Shown piece after piece: positions 56,123 through 64,000 of a DNA stretch of 64,000 bases. The DNA lies in contig SCTY01000030.1 in NCBI GenBank assembly GCA_004297625.1, positions 642 through 64,641 on the forward strand, in the 5' to 3' direction. Both the position numbers and the translations under genes were made by a program. The DNA comes from Betaproteobacteria bacterium. Its GTDB lineage: Bacteria > Pseudomonadota > Gammaproteobacteria > Burkholderiales > SG8-39. How positions within the stretch are numbered: position 1 is the stretch's first letter; each line of letters starts with the position of its first letter. Under the pieces are notes generated by a model. The model had not been told where the DNA came from. It made no database searches and saw only the letters and a list, made by a program, of their open reading frames with translations.

Positions 56123-57924
56123 CGCGCCGCAACGTCGTGCCGATCCTGCTCGAGGGCCTCAGGCGCCTCGAGTACCGGGGCTACGACTCGGCCGGAGTCG
56201 CGGTCATCAACGGCTCCCTCCGAAGGGTGCGCTCGTGCGGCCGCGTCGCGCAGCTGGAGAGGCTCGCCGGCGAGCAGCACCTCGAAGGCATGATCGGCAT
56301 CGGGCACACGCGCTGGGCGACGCACGGCGTGCCCTCGGAGCGCAACGCCCATCCGCACGTCTCGGGCGGCGTCTCGGTGGTGCACAACGGCATCATCGAG
56401 AACCACGAGGCGGTGCGCGGCGCCTTGCGCGGCAAGGGGTACGCGTTCTCCTCCGATACCGATACGGAGGTAATCGCCCACCTCGTGCACTCGAAGATTT
56501 CCTCGGGAATGAATGTTTTCGACGGCGTGAGAGCGGCAGTGGCCGAGCTCGAGGGTGCCTATGCCATCGCGGTGGTCGCGGCGGACGACCCGTCGCGGCT
56601 GGTGGTCGCGCGCAGGGGCGCGCCGCTGCTGCTCGGCATCGGCGAAGGCGAGAACTTCGCCGCCTCGGACACCTCGGCGCTGCTGCAGGTGACGCGCAGG
56701 CTGATTTACCTGGAAGAGGGCGACTGCGCGGAAGTCGCGCTGCAAAGCGTGCGCATCGTCGACGCGCGCGGGCATGTCGTCGAGCGGCCGCTCAAGGTGA
56801 GCCGGCTCGCCGCCGAAGCCATCGAGCTCGGAGCCTACCGCCACTACATGCACAAGGAGATCTTCGAGCAGCCGGCGGCGGTGCGCGCGACGCTCGAGAG
56901 CGCCGCCAACGGGCACCTGCTGGCGCCGGAGTTCTTCGGAGCCACGGCGGCCGAAAGCTTCGAGCACATTGATTCGTGCTTGATTCTTGCCTGCGGCACG
57001 AGCTACCACGCCGGCGTGGTCGCGCGCTACTGGCTCGAAAAGCTCGCCGGCCTGCCCTGCAACGTCGAAATCGCGAGCGAATACCGCTACCGCGACACGG
57101 TGCCGAATTCGCGCTCGCTCGTGGTGGTGATCTCGCAGTCGGGCGAGACCGCCGACACGCTCGCGGCGCTGCACCAGGCGCACCGGCTCGGACAGCCTAA
57201 TTCCCTCGCCATTTGCAACGTGGCCGAGTCCGCGCTCACAAGAAATGCAAAATTGAAATTCCTTACGCGCGCGGGCCCGGAGATCGGCGTGGCCTCGACC
57301 AAGGCGTTCACCGCGCAGCTCACGGCGCTTCTCGTGCTCGCGCTGACGCTCGCGAGACTGCGCGGCAGGCTGACGAAGGAACACGAGGCACAAATGCTCG
57401 AGGCGCTGCGCGCGCTGCCTGCGGCGCTGGCGCGCGCCCTGCGCGTCGAGCCGCAGATGGCGGCCTGGGCGGCGAAATTCGCGCGCTGCGAGCATGCGCT
57501 TTTCCTCGGGCGCGGCGTGCACTACCCGATCGCCATGGAAGGCGCGCTGAAGCTGAAGGAGATTTCGTACATTCATGCCGAGGCCTACGCGGCCGGGGAG
57601 CTGAAGCACGGGCCGCTCGCGCTCGTCGACCGGAACATGCCGGTGATCGCCATCGCGCCGCGCGACGCGCTGCTCGACAAGCTGAAGTCCAACCTTCAGG
57701 AAGTGCGCGCGCGCGGCGGCGAGCTCTACGTGCTCGCCGACGGCGACGCCGGGATGCGCGAGGGGGACGGCATCCATGTCGTGCGCCTGCACCGGTACCC
57801 GCACCTGCTTTCGCCTGTCGTCACCGCCGTGCCGCTGCAGCTCCTCGCTTACCACGCCGCCCTGCTGCGCGGGAACGACGTGGATAAGCCGAGGAACCTC
57901 GCTAAATCGGTGACCGTGGAGTGA
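56098..57924 (+). CDS. glmS: glutamine--fructose-6-phosphate aminotransferase
   Basis: MCGIVAAV Ntn-Cys, two SIS domains, C-terminal [12 protein letters not shown]. Confidence 0.95.
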   Translation: MCGIVAAVARRNVVPILLEGLRRLEYRGYDSAGVAVINGSLRRVRSCGRVAQLERLAGEQHLEGMIGIGHTRWATHGVPSERNAHPHVSGGVSVVHNGIIENHEAVRGALRGKGYAFSSDTDTEVIAHLVHSKISSGMNVFDGVRAAVAELEGAYAIAVVAADDPSRLVVARRGAPLLLGIGEGENFAASDTSALLQVTRRLIYLEEGDCAEVALQSVRIVDARGHVVERPLKVSRLAAEAIELGAYRHYMHKEIFEQPAAVRATLESAANGHLLAPEFFGATAAESFEHIDSCLILACGTSYHAGVVARYWLEKLAGLPCNVEIASEYRYRDTVPNSRSLVVVISQSGETADTLAALHQAHRLGQPNSLAICNVAESALTRNAKLKFLTRAGPEIGVASTKAFTAQLTALLVLALTLARLRGRLTKEHEAQMLEALRALPAALARALRVEPQMAAWAAKFARCEHALFLGRGVHYPIAMEGALKLKEISYIHAEAYAAGELKHGPLALVDRNMPVIAIAPRDALLDKLKSNLQEVRARGGELYVLADGDAGMREGDGIHVVRLHRYPHLLSPVVTAVPLQLLAYHAALLRGNDVDKPRNLAKSVTVE

Positions 57925-58635
57925 TCAGGCCGCCAGGTTGGCCGTATTGAGGTCCGGCTTGAATCGATAGCCGGTCCCGCGCACGGTCTCGATGAGCTTG
58001 TCGTGCCCGGTCGGCGAGAGCGCCTGCCGCAGCCGCCGGATGTGCACGTCGACGGTGCGCTCCTCCACGAACACGTGCTCGCCCCAGACCTCGTCCAGTA
58101 ATCTGGCCCTGGAAAAGACGCGGCCGGGATGCGTCATGAAGAAGTGCAGCAGCCGCAGCTCGGTCGTCCACAGGTCGATCGGCTTGTCGCCGGCGCTGAC
58201 CTGGTGCGCCGCCGGATCGATGCGCAGGCCCGCGATCTCCACCACGTCGTCGGCGAGCTGGGGCGCCCGGCGCCGCATCACGGCCTTGATGCGGGCGAGC
58301 AGCTCGCGGGCCGAGAACGGCTTGGTCACATAGTCGTCGGCGCCGCTTTCCAGCGCGGTGACCTTGTCCTGCTCTTCGGCGCGCGCGCTCAGCAGCACGA
58401 TGGAAATATCCTTCGTGCGCTGGTCGGAGCGCAGGCGACGCGCGAAGGTCAGGCCCGGGACCCCGGGCAGCACCCAGTCGAGCAGCACCAGGTCGGGCCG
58501 CGAATCGCGCACCAGCGCCTCGGCCTGCGGCACGTCGCCCGCGCACATGACCTTGTACCCGGCGCGCTGCAGATTGGCCGCCAGCAGATCGCGGATGGCC
58601 GCCTCGTCATCGACTACCAGAATGGAACCGCCCAT
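57925..58635 (-). CDS. phoB: phosphate regulon response regulator PhoB
   Basis: Collinear with the E. coli PhoB blocks (PDLxLLDWxLPG, GADDYxTKPFS, LLHFFMTHPxRVxSR, EDRTVDVHIRRLR, VRGTGYRF). Confidence 0.85.
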   Translation of the reverse strand: MGGSILVVDDEAAIRDLLAANLQRAGYKVMCAGDVPQAEALVRDSRPDLVLLDWVLPGVPGLTFARRLRSDQRTKDISIVLLSARAEEQDKVTALESGADDYVTKPFSARELLARIKAVMRRRAPQLADDVVEIAGLRIDPAAHQVSAGDKPIDLWTTELRLLHFFMTHPGRVFSRARLLDEVWGEHVFVEERTVDVHIRRLRQALSPTGHDKLIETVRGTGYRFKPDLNTANLAA

Positions 58636-58786
58636 GGCGTCTCCTCTTGTTAGAACGCGAGGGGATGCTATGTCGCACCCGGGCGTCGGACTATAGCTGC
58701 GGCCTTATTTAACAGTCGTGTCATATTGGCCCGCTGTCGTTATGCACCGACAGCGGGCGCGGAATGAAAGCCGGCTGCGGCGCAAG

Positions 58787-59227
58787 TCAGCTGGACTCCA
58801 GGTGCGCCGCCACGCGGCTCCGGGCCTTGAGCAGCGCGGATACGATCGGATGCAGCGCGATGCGCAGGTCGCGCTTGGAGACGAAGGCGTGCGCGCCGGC
58901 GGCGAGCGCGGCGGTGCGCAGCACCGTCGAGTCGTTCACCGACATCACCACCACCCGGCATGCCGGCTGGCGCCTGCGCAGCATGCGCGCCACTTCTATG
59001 CCGTTCGGTCCGGGAAGCTCCAGGTTGACGAGCGCGAGGTCGAGCGCCTGCCCGGCGAATTCCAGCGCCTCATCCATGCTGCGCGCCTCGCGCAGCCTCA
59101 AGGGAGGGAAGGAGGTGAGGAGCCATGCGCGAAGCGCGCTGCGCATCTCATCGTGGTCCTCGACGACGAGCACCGAAAGCAGCCACGGCGTCGGGAACAC
59201 AGGGAGCGGATGGGGCTTCTGGGGCAC
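58787..59227 (-). CDS. stand-alone receiver-domain protein
   Basis: VLVVEDHDE...LDLALVNLELPG...VVVMS. Start uncertain (GTG 59227 or a downstream GTG). Confidence 0.6.
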   Translation of the reverse strand: MPQKPHPLPVFPTPWLLSVLVVEDHDEMRSALRAWLLTSFPPLRLREARSMDEALEFAGQALDLALVNLELPGPNGIEVARMLRRRQPACRVVVMSVNDSTVLRTAALAAGAHAFVSKRDLRIALHPIVSALLKARSRVAAHLESS

Positions 59228-59350
59228 ACGCGGGCAGGCGGACTCGACGCAACGATGCTAGCGCGCGCCCGCGCGCCGGTCAGTCAGGAGCCGGAGACAA
59301 TCCCCGTGGGGAAAATCCTCACAGCAGCGGAAAAGGGGTCAGAAAAAACG

Positions 59351-59421
59351 GAATTCGGGGTCAGAGTCTTAATTAATTTTAGCTACGCGTCGCCAATAAT
59401 TAAGACTCTGACCCCGAATTC
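59351..59421. repeat. MITE/REP-like element with 25-bp perfect terminal inverted repeats (GGGGTCAGAG family, copy c)
   Basis: GAATTCGGGGTCAGAGTCTTAATTA (59351-59375) and its exact reverse complement (59397-59421). AT-rich interior. Extra half-site GGGGTCAGA at 59335-59343. Confidence 0.85.
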
Positions 59422-59422
59422 G

Positions 59423-60067
59423 TCAGTCGAGCGACACGATGCCGCGCTGGATGGCGAAGCGCACGAGCCCAGCGACGTCCCGGATGCCGAGCTTTTCCAC
59501 CAGCCGCGCGCGATAGGTCTCGACCGTCTTCTGGGAAAGCGAGAGGCGCTCGGCGATCTGCGCACCCGTGCAGCCCTCGGCCAGGAGCTGCAACACCTCG
59601 CGCTCGCGCGCGCTCAGGCGCGCGAGCGGATCGTCGCGGTCATTGCCCGCGTAGTCGTCGAGCACGATGTCGGCGATGCGCGGGCTCAGGTAGCGCTGCC
59701 CGGCGTGCACCGCGCGGATGGCGTCGACGACCTCCTTCGCTGCGGAGCGCTTGACCACGTAGCCCGCCGCTCCGGCCTTCAGGGCGCGGCGCACGTACTC
59801 GCGCTCGGAATACATCGAAAGCACGATCACCCGGCACTTCGGGTCGCGCTCGAGAATGGCGCGCGCGGCGTCGGCGCCGTTCAGCTCGGGCATCGACAGA
59901 TCCATCAGCACCACGTCGGGCTGCAGCTCGCGCGCCTGGCGCACCGCCTCGCGCCCGTCGGCCGCGAGCGCCACCACTTCCATGTCGGCCTGCGCCTCGA
60001 CGACGTGCTTCAGGCCTTCGGCAACCACCGCATGGTCATCGGCGATGATGATCTTGACCATGCTCAT
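59423..60067 (-). CDS. NarL/FixJ-family response regulator
   Basis: Receiver domain (IIIADDH...VLMDLSMP) plus LuxR-type HTH (LSAREREVLQLLAEGCTGAQIAERLSLSQKTVETY). Confidence 0.9.
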   Translation of the reverse strand: MSMVKIIIADDHAVVAEGLKHVVEAQADMEVVALAADGREAVRQARELQPDVVLMDLSMPELNGADAARAILERDPKCRVIVLSMYSEREYVRRALKAGAAGYVVKRSAAKEVVDAIRAVHAGQRYLSPRIADIVLDDYAGNDRDDPLARLSAREREVLQLLAEGCTGAQIAERLSLSQKTVETYRARLVEKLGIRDVAGLVRFAIQRGIVSLD

Positions 60068-61482
60068 GGCGGCACCGCAGCGCGCACCGTGGTGCCGGTC
60101 CCCAAGGACGATTCGACGGAAAGGCGGCCGCCCGCCGCTTCGGCGCGCTCGCGCATCGTCGTCATGCCCCAGCGGCCGCGCGGCGCCTGCCCGGGCGCGA
60201 ATCCGCGTCCATCGTCCGATACGCTGAGCACGATCTCGTTCGCCTGATCCTCGAGAAGCACCTTAATCCGCTTCGCCGCCGAATGCTTCGCGGCGTTGTT
60301 GAGCGCCTCCTGCGCTATCCGGAACAGGGCCACGGCGGCCTCCGGACGCAGCGCGCGCGCGGCATCGTGCGCGTTCTGGACGTCGACCCGGATCCCGGTG
60401 CGCTGCGCGTACTCCTCGGCGTACCAGGCGAGCGCCGCGGCCAGGCCGTACTCGTCGAGCAGCGGCGGCCGCAGGTCGGCCATCACGCTCTCGATCGACT
60501 GCAGCGTGGCGTCGACAAGCGCGAGCGAGTCCTCGAGCCTGCGGCGCGATTCGGCATCCTCGAGCTGGCCAAGCACGATGTCGAGGTTGATGTTCAGCGC
60601 CGACAGGTTCTGGCCCACGCGGTCGTGCAGCTCGCGCGCGATGCGTCGGCGCTCGAGCTCCTCGGCTTGCACCAGCCGGCGCGTGAGCGCGCGCAGCTGC
60701 GCCTCGCTCTCGCGCAACGCCTCGTGGGCGCGCCGGCGCTCGGTGATGTCCTCGACCATCGCCACGACGCAGCGCAGGCGCCCGTCGGCATCCGCAAGGC
60801 GCGCGACGCTGTCTCGCGCCCAGATCACCTGCCCGTTGCGGTCGAGGTAGCGCTTCTGGAAGTCGGCCTGGTCGCGCCGGCCCTGCACGAGGTCGGTGAA
60901 GACGCGCCAGCTCTCCTCGGCATCGCCGGGATGCGTCACGTCGCCGAGGGTCTTGCCGTTCAGCTCGTCCGCGCTGTAGCCGAGCATGCGCAGGAAGGCG
61001 GGATTCGCCTGGACGTAGCGTCCGCTCGCATCGGCCATCGCGATGCCCGCCGGCGTGCGCTCGAACATCGCCACGCGCAGCAGGTCGTTGTCGCGCTCGC
61101 GCTTCCTCGCCGTCATGTCGCGCGTCACCTTGGCGAAGCCGCGCAGCTCGCCTCCCGGCCCGCGCAGCGCGCTGATCACGACGTCGCCCCAGAAGCGCGT
61201 GCCGTCCTTGCGCACGCGCCAGCCCTCGTACTGCGAGCGCCCTTCGCGCTCGGCGCGGCCGAGCGCCGCGTCGGGCGCGCCGGCGGCGCGCTCCTCGGGC
61301 GGATAGAAGAGCGAGAAATGCCGCCCCACGATCTCGGCGGCGGTGTAGCCCTTGATGCGCTCGGCTCCGGGGTTCCAGCTCGTCACGCGCCCCTCGGGAT
61401 CGAGCAGGAAGATGGCGTAGTCGGTGACGCTCTCGACGAGCAGGCGGAACTGCTCGTCGGCGGCGCGCGCGCGCATGTCCAT
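60064..61482 (-). CDS. cytoplasmic PAS-domain sensor histidine kinase (HisKA_3 type)
   Basis: Two PAS-like regions. H-box ELHDRVGQNLSAL. HATPase_c C-terminus. ATGA overlap with the regulator gene. Confidence 0.85.
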   Translation of the reverse strand: MDMRARAADEQFRLLVESVTDYAIFLLDPEGRVTSWNPGAERIKGYTAAEIVGRHFSLFYPPEERAAGAPDAALGRAEREGRSQYEGWRVRKDGTRFWGDVVISALRGPGGELRGFAKVTRDMTARKRERDNDLLRVAMFERTPAGIAMADASGRYVQANPAFLRMLGYSADELNGKTLGDVTHPGDAEESWRVFTDLVQGRRDQADFQKRYLDRNGQVIWARDSVARLADADGRLRCVVAMVEDITERRRAHEALRESEAQLRALTRRLVQAEELERRRIARELHDRVGQNLSALNINLDIVLGQLEDAESRRRLEDSLALVDATLQSIESVMADLRPPLLDEYGLAAALAWYAEEYAQRTGIRVDVQNAHDAARALRPEAAVALFRIAQEALNNAAKHSAAKRIKVLLEDQANEIVLSVSDDGRGFAPGQAPRGRWGMTTMRERAEAAGGRLSVESSLGTGTTVRAAVPP

Positions 61483-61565
61483 AAGCGGAGAAATTCTACT
61501 GCCCGACCCCTGTAGCGATTCGACTACAGGCGCTTAGTCACGGCGAATGGCGATAGACTCGCCGG

Positions 61566-62768
61566 GTGCAGGTCGGGATCGAAGACATCCGCGCGGCTGC
61601 GCAGCGCATCTCCGGAGCGGTCGAGCGCACGCCGTGCGTGCACAGCCGGACGCTGTCGCGGCTTGCCGGCGCGGAAGTGTTCCTCAAGTTCGAGAACCTG
61701 CAGTTCACCGCCTCCTTCAAGGAGCGCGGCGCGCTGAACAAGCTGCTCTCGCTCTCCGAGTCGGAGCGCAAGCGCGGCGTCATCGCGATGAGCGCGGGAA
61801 ACCATGCGCAGGCGGTCGCCTACCACGCGGCGCGGCTCGGCATTCCGACGCTCATCGTGATGCCGAAGGGCTCGCCGAACACCAAGATCAAGAACACCCA
61901 GGTGCACGGCGCGACCGTGGTGCTGGAAGGCGACAACCTGTTCGAGGCGGGCAAGCATGCGCGCGCGCTCGCCGCGCGCGACAACCGGGTGTTCGTGCAC
62001 CCCTACGAGGATCCGCTCATCATCGCCGGCCAGGGCACGATCGGCGTCGAGATGCTGCAAGCGGTGCCGGACCTCGAGATGATCGTCGTGCCCGTGGGCG
62101 GCGGCGGGCTCATCTCCGGCATCGCGACCGCCGCCAGGGCCATGAAGCCCGGCATCCGGGTGTTCGGCGTGGAAACCCGCAACTATCCGTCGATGTACCA
62201 GCGGCTGAACAACCTGCCGGTGGAATGCGGCGGCGACACCATCGCCGAAGGCATCGCGGTGAAGGACGTCGGCAGCATCGCGCTCGGGATCATCAAGCAG
62301 CTCGTCGAGGAAGTGCTGGTGGTGGAGGAAGAAACCATCGAGCGCGCCGTGGTCGCGCTGATCGAGATCGAGAAGACGGTCGCGGAAGGCGCCGGCGCGG
62401 CCGGCCTCGCCGCGCTCCTCCAGCATCCGGCGCGCTTCGCCGGCCGGCGCGTCGGCATCCCGATCTCGGGCGGCAACATCGACAGCCGCGTGCTCGCTTC
62501 GGTCCTCATGCGCGGCCTCGTGCGCGACGGCCGCCTGGTGCGCCTGCGCGTCACCATGCCCGACGTGTCGGGCAGCCTCGCCAAGGTCGCCGCGCTCATC
62601 GCCGAGGCCGGCGGCAATATCGTCGAGGTCCAGCACCAGCGCATCTTCGGCACCTCATCGGTGCGCTCGCCGGAGGTCGAATTCCTCATCGAGACGCGCG
62701 ACCGCGCGCATACCGACGCGCTCGTGCGCACGCTTGAGACCAACGGGGTTAAAACGACTTTTTTCTAG
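61566..62768 (+). CDS. threonine ammonia-lyase (threonine dehydratase)
   Basis: PLP-lysine motif FTASFKERGA, GGGGLISG loop, C-terminal ACT-like domain, 400 aa. GTG start. Confidence 0.8.
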   Translation: MQVGIEDIRAAAQRISGAVERTPCVHSRTLSRLAGAEVFLKFENLQFTASFKERGALNKLLSLSESERKRGVIAMSAGNHAQAVAYHAARLGIPTLIVMPKGSPNTKIKNTQVHGATVVLEGDNLFEAGKHARALAARDNRVFVHPYEDPLIIAGQGTIGVEMLQAVPDLEMIVVPVGGGGLISGIATAARAMKPGIRVFGVETRNYPSMYQRLNNLPVECGGDTIAEGIAVKDVGSIALGIIKQLVEEVLVVEEETIERAVVALIEIEKTVAEGAGAAGLAALLQHPARFAGRRVGIPISGGNIDSRVLASVLMRGLVRDGRLVRLRVTMPDVSGSLAKVAALIAEAGGNIVEVQHQRIFGTSSVRSPEVEFLIETRDRAHTDALVRTLETNGVKTTFF

Positions 62769-62923
62769 CGCGGCCGCTCGGGCACGCCATTCACGATCGC
62801 GCTTGCGCAGCAGACGAGGAACGCCGGCAGGTTGTCCTCGAAGTACTGCTCCTTTCTGGTCGTCGCCCGCGACGATGAGCGCGTCGAGCCTCGCTTCGGC
62901 GATGGCGGCGGCCCGCCGACCCA

Positions 62924-64000
62924 TCAGGCGATGGCTTTTTTGCGCACGAGTTCGCGCGCGATCAGCACCGCACCGAGCCCGAGCCCGGCGATGTCGGTGA
63001 CGATCGCGCCCGGGAACATGTCGCCCGGGATCAGGGCCAGCACGCCGGCGGCGATGAAAAGCGCGCGCTCGGCCGCCGGTATTGCGCGGTAGAAGAACCC
63101 GACCACGCCGATCGTGCCGAGCCAGATGCCGATCGCCGCGGTCGCCACCGCCCACACGACGGTGACGGGATCGCCCTTCATGAGCAGGCTGGGCGAAACG
63201 GCGAACAGGAACGGCACGATGTACGCTGCCCAGCCGATGCGGGTTGCCGTCCAGCCGGTCTTGTCCACGTCCGAGCCCGCGATGTTGGCCGCGGCGAAAG
63301 CCGACAGCGCCACCGGCGGCGTGACCATCGACATGATGCCGAAGTAGAGCAGGAACATGTGCGCGGCCATGGGTGGGACGCCGACCTTCACCAGCGCGGG
63401 CGCGATGAGCGTCGCCATGATGATGTACACGCCCAGCGTCGGCAGCCCCATGCCCAGCACGATGGCCATGAGCGCCGTGAGCACCAGCATGCCGGGCAGG
63501 CTCTGGCCCGTGATGGCGAGCAGCTGAAGAGTGAGCCCGAAGGCGAGGCCGGTGATGTTGAGAATGCCGATGAACATCCCGGCCACCGCGCAGATCATGA
63601 TCAGATCCACCACCGCGCCGCCGGTGCTGACGACCGCGTTCAGCACGTCCGGCACCGTGACGCGGCGGCCCTTGTAGCCAAACGCAAGCGACAGCCCGGA
63701 CAGGATGGCGGCGGCGGCGAGCGCCGCGTACTGCGCCGGCCAATTCCACTCGACGAGGGCGTAGACCAGCACCGCGAACGGGATCGGGAAATACCAGCCC
63801 GAGCGCAGCACCGGCAGCAGCTGCGGCAGCCGCTCGAGCGCCTCGCCGCGGATGCCGCGTTTCGCGGCCTCGAGATCGACCTGGGCAAACAGCGCGAGGT
63901 AATAGAGAAACGCCGGGATGATCGCCGCGATCATGACCTCGACGTACGGCACCTGCAGCACCTCGGCCATGAGGAACGCGGCCGCGCCCATCACCGGCGG
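62924..64000 (-). CDS. TRAP transporter fused permease, C-terminal part (5' end outside the window)
   Basis: Polytopic. LGMGLPTLGVYIIMATLIAPALVKVGVPPMAAHMFLLYFG is typical of large TRAP permeases. The ORF is open to the window edge. Confidence 0.6.
   Translation of the reverse strand, partial: PPVMGAAAFLMAEVLQVPYVEVMIAAIIPAFLYYLALFAQVDLEAAKRGIRGEALERLPQLLPVLRSGWYFPIPFAVLVYALVEWNWPAQYAALAAAAILSGLSLAFGYKGRRVTVPDVLNAVVSTGGAVVDLIMICAVAGMFIGILNITGLAFGLTLQLLAITGQSLPGMLVLTALMAIVLGMGLPTLGVYIIMATLIAPALVKVGVPPMAAHMFLLYFGIMSMVTPPVALSAFAAANIAGSDVDKTGWTATRIGWAAYIVPFLFAVSPSLLMKGDPVTVVWAVATAAIGIWLGTIGVVGFFYRAIPAAERALFIAAGVLALIPGDMFPGAIVTDIAGLGLGAVLIARELVRKKAIA

Noticed and set aside
58640-58720. A possible Pho box upstream of phoB (CTGTTAAATA-like half site).
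   Set aside because: Only one degenerate half-site is present, and the tandem 7-bp repeats with 11-bp periodicity are missing.
61509-61530. A small hairpin, CCTGTAG-cgattcga-CTACAGG, in the divergent region between the histidine kinase and threonine dehydratase genes.
   Set aside because: The stem is only 7 bp, it occurs once, and nothing else supports a regulatory role. It is not distinguishable from chance.

Overview
High-GC proteobacterial DNA, gene-dense. I saw no rRNA, tRNA, CRISPR array, transposase or integrase. Almost the whole window is one envelope-polysaccharide super-locus. (i) 2-10121, + strand: the 3' part of a beta-helix enzyme gene, then a T2SS/T4P-like apparatus (gspG-like pseudopilin, terminator, sigma-54-like promoter, gspF, gspE, PilM/N/O/P-position proteins, three more pseudopilins, a second PilP-like protein, and a lipoprotein secretin with a TPR region). 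(ii) 10206-15477: divergent sugar-modification genes (PIG-L deacetylase, methyltransferase and WbqC-like on one strand; ATP-grasp, metallophosphoesterase and acyltransferase-3 on the other). (iii) 15556-30918: a segment bounded by two toxin-antitoxin modules (hicBA with a frameshifted hicA; vapBC) and by inverted paralogues of an uncharacterised protein. It carries a ~12-kb minus-strand operon: methyltransferase, SxtJ-like, DUF5989/SxtK-like, NodU/CmcH carbamoyltransferase, SGNH, beta-helix, SGNH, carA, carB. (iv) 30915-54250: a ~23-kb tightly coupled minus-strand EPS operon of the PEP-CTERM/exosortase (Eps) type. It encodes a LuxR-type EpsA-like regulator, a small PEP-CTERM protein, EpsD/E/F/G-like export and chain-length proteins, an O-antigen-ligase-like polymerase, a flippase, five GT-B glycosyltransferases, two uronic-acid nucleotide-sugar routes, an AsnB-like amidotransferase and a heparinase II/III-like protein. 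No exosortase gene is in the window. (v) 54418-57924: priming glycosyl-1-phosphate transferase, VanZ-like protein, glmS. (vi) 57925-64000: phoB, a stand-alone receiver, a NarL-type two-component pair, threonine dehydratase and a TRAP permease fragment. Three families of short palindromic (REP-like) repeats are scattered at gene junctions, and several contribute coding sequence to gene ends. All functional calls rest on motifs and family resemblance read by eye plus synteny. No searches were run.
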